From: Asterionella formosa
Lineage: Eukaryota
DNA: 31,972 bases
Reading direction: 5' to 3'
NCBI GenBank assembly: GCA_002256025.1
Contig: NKIB01010224.1
Span: 62,001-93,972 of the forward strand
In this document: one piece after another, positions 30,058 to 31,972 of the stretch
How the letters are laid out: every line of letters begins with the position of its first letter
How positions within the stretch are numbered: position 1 is the first letter of the stretch
Position numbers and translations under genes: made by a program
Notes under the pieces: generated by a model
Database searches by the model: none
Seen by the model: the letters and a program-made list of their open reading frames with translations, nothing else
Told to the model about the DNA's origin: nothing

Positions 30058-30915
30058 ACGACCTGGTTTGAGAAAACTACATGTGCTTGCTGGGTTGTTC
30101 TAAGCTTGTTTGGAAAACAGGGCATGTGAGAACCCTTAAGACTTCATAGACCATTGGGTCTTGTTACCCTTTGTTTATAAACATGGGCGATCTAGCTAGT
30201 TCATTCACTAATTTTTGCTAGGTTAAATCCTAGCATTGATAATAAGTAAATATTACTTATTGGTTACCAGTTACAAGAGCATAAGTCTTAGCTAATTCAG
30301 TTTAGGTGACCCTTTAACGATGAGGGAATCAGTACATGAGGAGACCCTACATTGAGATCAGATACTGTTGTAAATGGTCTGAACAAGAGGTTATGTTTCT
30401 CACTAGGCTAAATATTAGTCCTAGATGTCTATTCTGAAGAAGCATGACTCTGGATTAGTGTATATTGTTGCACTATCCATGCATTTCAGACACATCAAGT
30501 TATTTGGTATCTGCTTTGGTAGAGCTTGTGGATAGCCATAGTTGCTTAACATTGCTATACTATTACGGTTAATTTGTAGTAAGCCATTTACAAAGCAAGT
30601 ATTAATCTATGTGGACAAACTGTACCATAGGTCACTTTGTCAATGATTTGTTCTGTCAAAACAGGGGCCTCTATATTTGTTTGGGGCGATTACTTGCTTT
30701 GTAGGGGTATGATGGTCCAAGAACAAGCATGGGTGCATGAGGGTGGTGATGTCTGATAATATAGTAAGCATAGCATTAACACCTGCCAACATAATCACAA
30801 AGGAAGCATATGCTGCCAGGCACAGGGAACAAATTTACCAAATGTGAGCTTCTTGGAATATGATCCATTGCAAATCAAATACCGGTATATAGGTTTAAGC
30901 CAGGTACCACTTAAA

Positions 30916-30963
30916 AACTGTAAGCCACCGCTACGGCGACTTTTGAACTGTAAGCCACCGCTA
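30916..30963. repeat. Exact 18-bp direct repeat AACTGTAAGCCACCGCTA x2 (period 30); candidate transposon subterminal binding sites
   Basis: Copies at 30916-30933 and 30946-30963. Confidence 0.85.
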
Positions 30964-31418
30964 AACGGAGTAAACGCACGGTTTGAACTTAGTTTACAAG
31001 ATACGCTATTTATTGTCACGAACGAGTTGTTCAGATTTATATAGCGAGTAAATACTTCCGTACTTGTATTGTTGCATTGTGTACATTGTTAATTAGGTAT
31101 TATCGCCCAAAGGTTGCTGTCGACGTGAAATTGCGAAAATTGGATATTTTCACGTTTACTCGATTGAGCAAGCATCACCTTTTATATACGTATTCAGGTA
31201 TGAGAATATTCCTCCTCTAGAAAACTAATTTAGTATCCTCTAAAATTTATTTAATATGACTACGACGGCATTGCGCTTTCGCTCGTGCGCCATAATAAAG
31301 AGATAAATTCACTAATGGAAAACGTCAAATAGGAATTCCTGGTGCGCCCGAATTATGAGTACAAAAATTAAATGCAAACATACAACAATCACCCATCACC
31401 CATCACAACACCAACACC

Positions 31419-31972
31419 ATGACCTCGAAAGCGCCTCGACAAGGCAATGCCTTGCCTCGAAAGAAATTGTCTCCTGAAGAGTTGGTCAGTGTTCAGTTTT
31501 GTCTTAACAATGTGATTAGGGAGCTATAAGCTAAGAAGGCTAAGAATGGTGAAAAAATGCCTTATGGTGCTATTTCTAGGACAGTATCAGCTAAGCAATG
31601 CATTTTCCCTTGGATATCTGTTAACCAAGTGAAGAATGAACTAAAACAAAGTGCTAAACTAGAAGTTAAGTCTAGTACTACTAGTATGTATACTACTTCT
31701 GGTTCGTCCCTCTTTCAGCCATCAACTGCAACCATGGTGTCTACATTGACACCTGACCATTGTGGCCCTACTAAACCCCAACTCTTGAATGCTGATGGCA
31801 GCTTTGCCTTGTTATTTCCCAGTAATCTCATTCATAATTCATATAAAATTGTCGAGGAGGAAGAAGATGACAACAATGAAGGTGTGAGTGAGCATTATGA
31901 TAGTCAGTTTACAATGATGGGCACTTTGGCATATGAAACTGGAAACAATGGTGTGCTTACCTGGGGAAGTTT
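31419..31972 (+). pseudogene. 5' part of a stop-interrupted ORF, probably a pogo/Tc1-mariner-type transposase N-terminus; runs off the window
   Basis: MTSKAPRQ...KKLSPEEL...VIREL*AKKAKNGEKMPYGAISRTV...FPWISVNQVK..., with a single TAA at 31527 and then open to the window end. Preceded by paired 18-bp repeats. No catalytic DDE domain is visible in the window. Confidence 0.45.

Noticed and set aside
30916..30963. Mini-CRISPR (repeat-spacer-repeat)
   Set aside because: Only two 18-bp repeats with a 12-bp spacer, no cas genes, eukaryotic context
1..31972. tRNA, rRNA or snRNA genes, and antisense ORFs overlapping real CDSs
   Set aside because: No cloverleaf, rRNA or snRNA signatures seen by eye (tRNAscan-SE/Infernal would be decisive); the overlapping ORFs are shadow frames of the true genes

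Overview
Eukaryotic, almost certainly diatom (stramenopile) nuclear DNA: compact genes with 0-1 short GT-AG introns (103-140 nt), a diatom-type Cys/His domain protein and a METTL24-like protein. A gene-dense core (about 2.5-27 kb) holds 12 protein-coding genes in mostly alternating orientation: OB-fold + SAM methyltransferase, a 1000-aa helical protein (possibly FIRRM/C1orf112-like), MCM7, RraA-family, TIPIN/Csm3, MYND-SET, a tandem diatom-type Cys/His domain protein, GH20 beta-hexosaminidase, CS-domain protein, a twin-CX9C microprotein, transaldolase and a degenerate METTL24-like protein. CpG-poor decayed sequence lies at both ends and at 3.9-5.7 kb: a LINE 3' relic, a possible Helitron relic, an LRR pseudogene, and a probable DNA-transposon left end with a stop-interrupted ORF. 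The most striking unexplained signals are (i) strong intergenic enrichment of the palindromes TACCGGTA / TACCWGGTA in nearly every promoter region, (ii) an identical E2F-type element GGCGCGCCAAA upstream of both MCM7 and TIPIN in a small replication-gene neighbourhood, and (iii) a repeat-expanded SQ/TQ-rich tail on TIPIN. All assignments come from reading motifs by eye; no database searches were run.
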